Source: Deltaproteobacteria bacterium TL4
GTDB lineage: Bacteria; SAR324; NAC60-12
Assembly: GCA_051382335.1 (NCBI GenBank)
Contig: JBBCAX010000399.1
Location: 1-50,377, forward strand
Length of the DNA: 50,377 bases
Direction of reading: 5' to 3'
The notes beneath the pieces are model-generated. The model had not been told where the DNA came from. It ran no database searches and saw nothing but the letters and a program-made list of their open reading frames with translations. Below are positions 50,015 to 50,377 of this stretch, piece by piece (position 1 is the first letter of the stretch; every line of letters begins with the position of its first letter). Position numbers and translations under genes: made by a program.

Positions 50015-50102
50015 AGCCTTCCCATGCGGGAAAAAGGGATGCATCCTATAAAATTGTTTTGTTTTTATCAAGCTATACTTGCGTTGGGGTAAATCTTTAA
50101 TT

Positions 50103-50181
50103 TTGTGGTAGGTCGAGATTACATGCCCGACCCATGACAACGCTGGAATAGGGCGAGGCATGTAATCCCGACCTACCACAA
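50103..50181. repeat. Free-standing GTAG-type REP doublet of the same family as the MITE C cargo
   Basis: TTGTGGTAGGTCGAGATTACATGCCCGAC ... GGCATGTAATCCCGACCTACCACAA. Confidence 0.85.
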
Positions 50182-50198
50182 ACAGAAATATTGACCTA

Positions 50199-50377
50199 TA
50201 GACGTTCATTTAAATAATTTCATTGGAATCACTGTGGAGTACCAAAGCTCGCTTTGGCAAAATTCAAAGAAAAGCTTTGGCTTTTCTGGTCAAAGCAAGC
50301 TTTGACACTCCTAATCATGAGTCGATTAAATGGGTCATCCAAAATATACATGCTGAATTTATTTAAATGCATGTCTA
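50199..50377 (-). mobile_element. MITE family A, copy 3 (inverted, diverged); the window ends at its terminus
   Basis: TA + TAGACGTTCATTTAAATA ... TATTTAAATGCATGTCTA; core 50231-50312 aligns to the reverse complement of 13276-13357. Confidence 0.85.

Noticed and set aside
49958..50209. 83-aa minus-strand ORF
   Set aside because: Runs through MITE and REP repeats; likely spurious.

Overview
A 50.4-kb chromosomal-looking bacterial window. The gene style suggests a SAR324/deltaproteobacterial-type organism (inference). It is rich in signalling genes: four hybrid histidine kinases, a REC-PP2C phosphatase, a sigma54 activator, PtsP, an MCP and a triple-CheW protein. It also carries flgFGAH, rnhA, a class II aldolase and several gene remnants (rimK, HEPN-like, two substrate-binding proteins). 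No rRNA, tRNA, CRISPR array or intact transposase was seen. Three observations stand out. (1) A compact FNR-hypC-[HypX C-half]-hypE-[HypX N-half] cluster encodes the CO-forming maturase HypX as two separate, order-swapped genes with intact motifs, with no hypD/hypF or hydrogenase in the window. (2) Three unrelated terminal-inverted-repeat MITE families (TA, 10-bp and 8-bp target duplications) each carry a different REP doublet (REPIN) as cargo, including a four-layer nested element at 7047-7425 and compensatory base changes between copies. (3) Three sigma54 promoters around the sigma54 activator gene are preceded by related 15-bp boxes.
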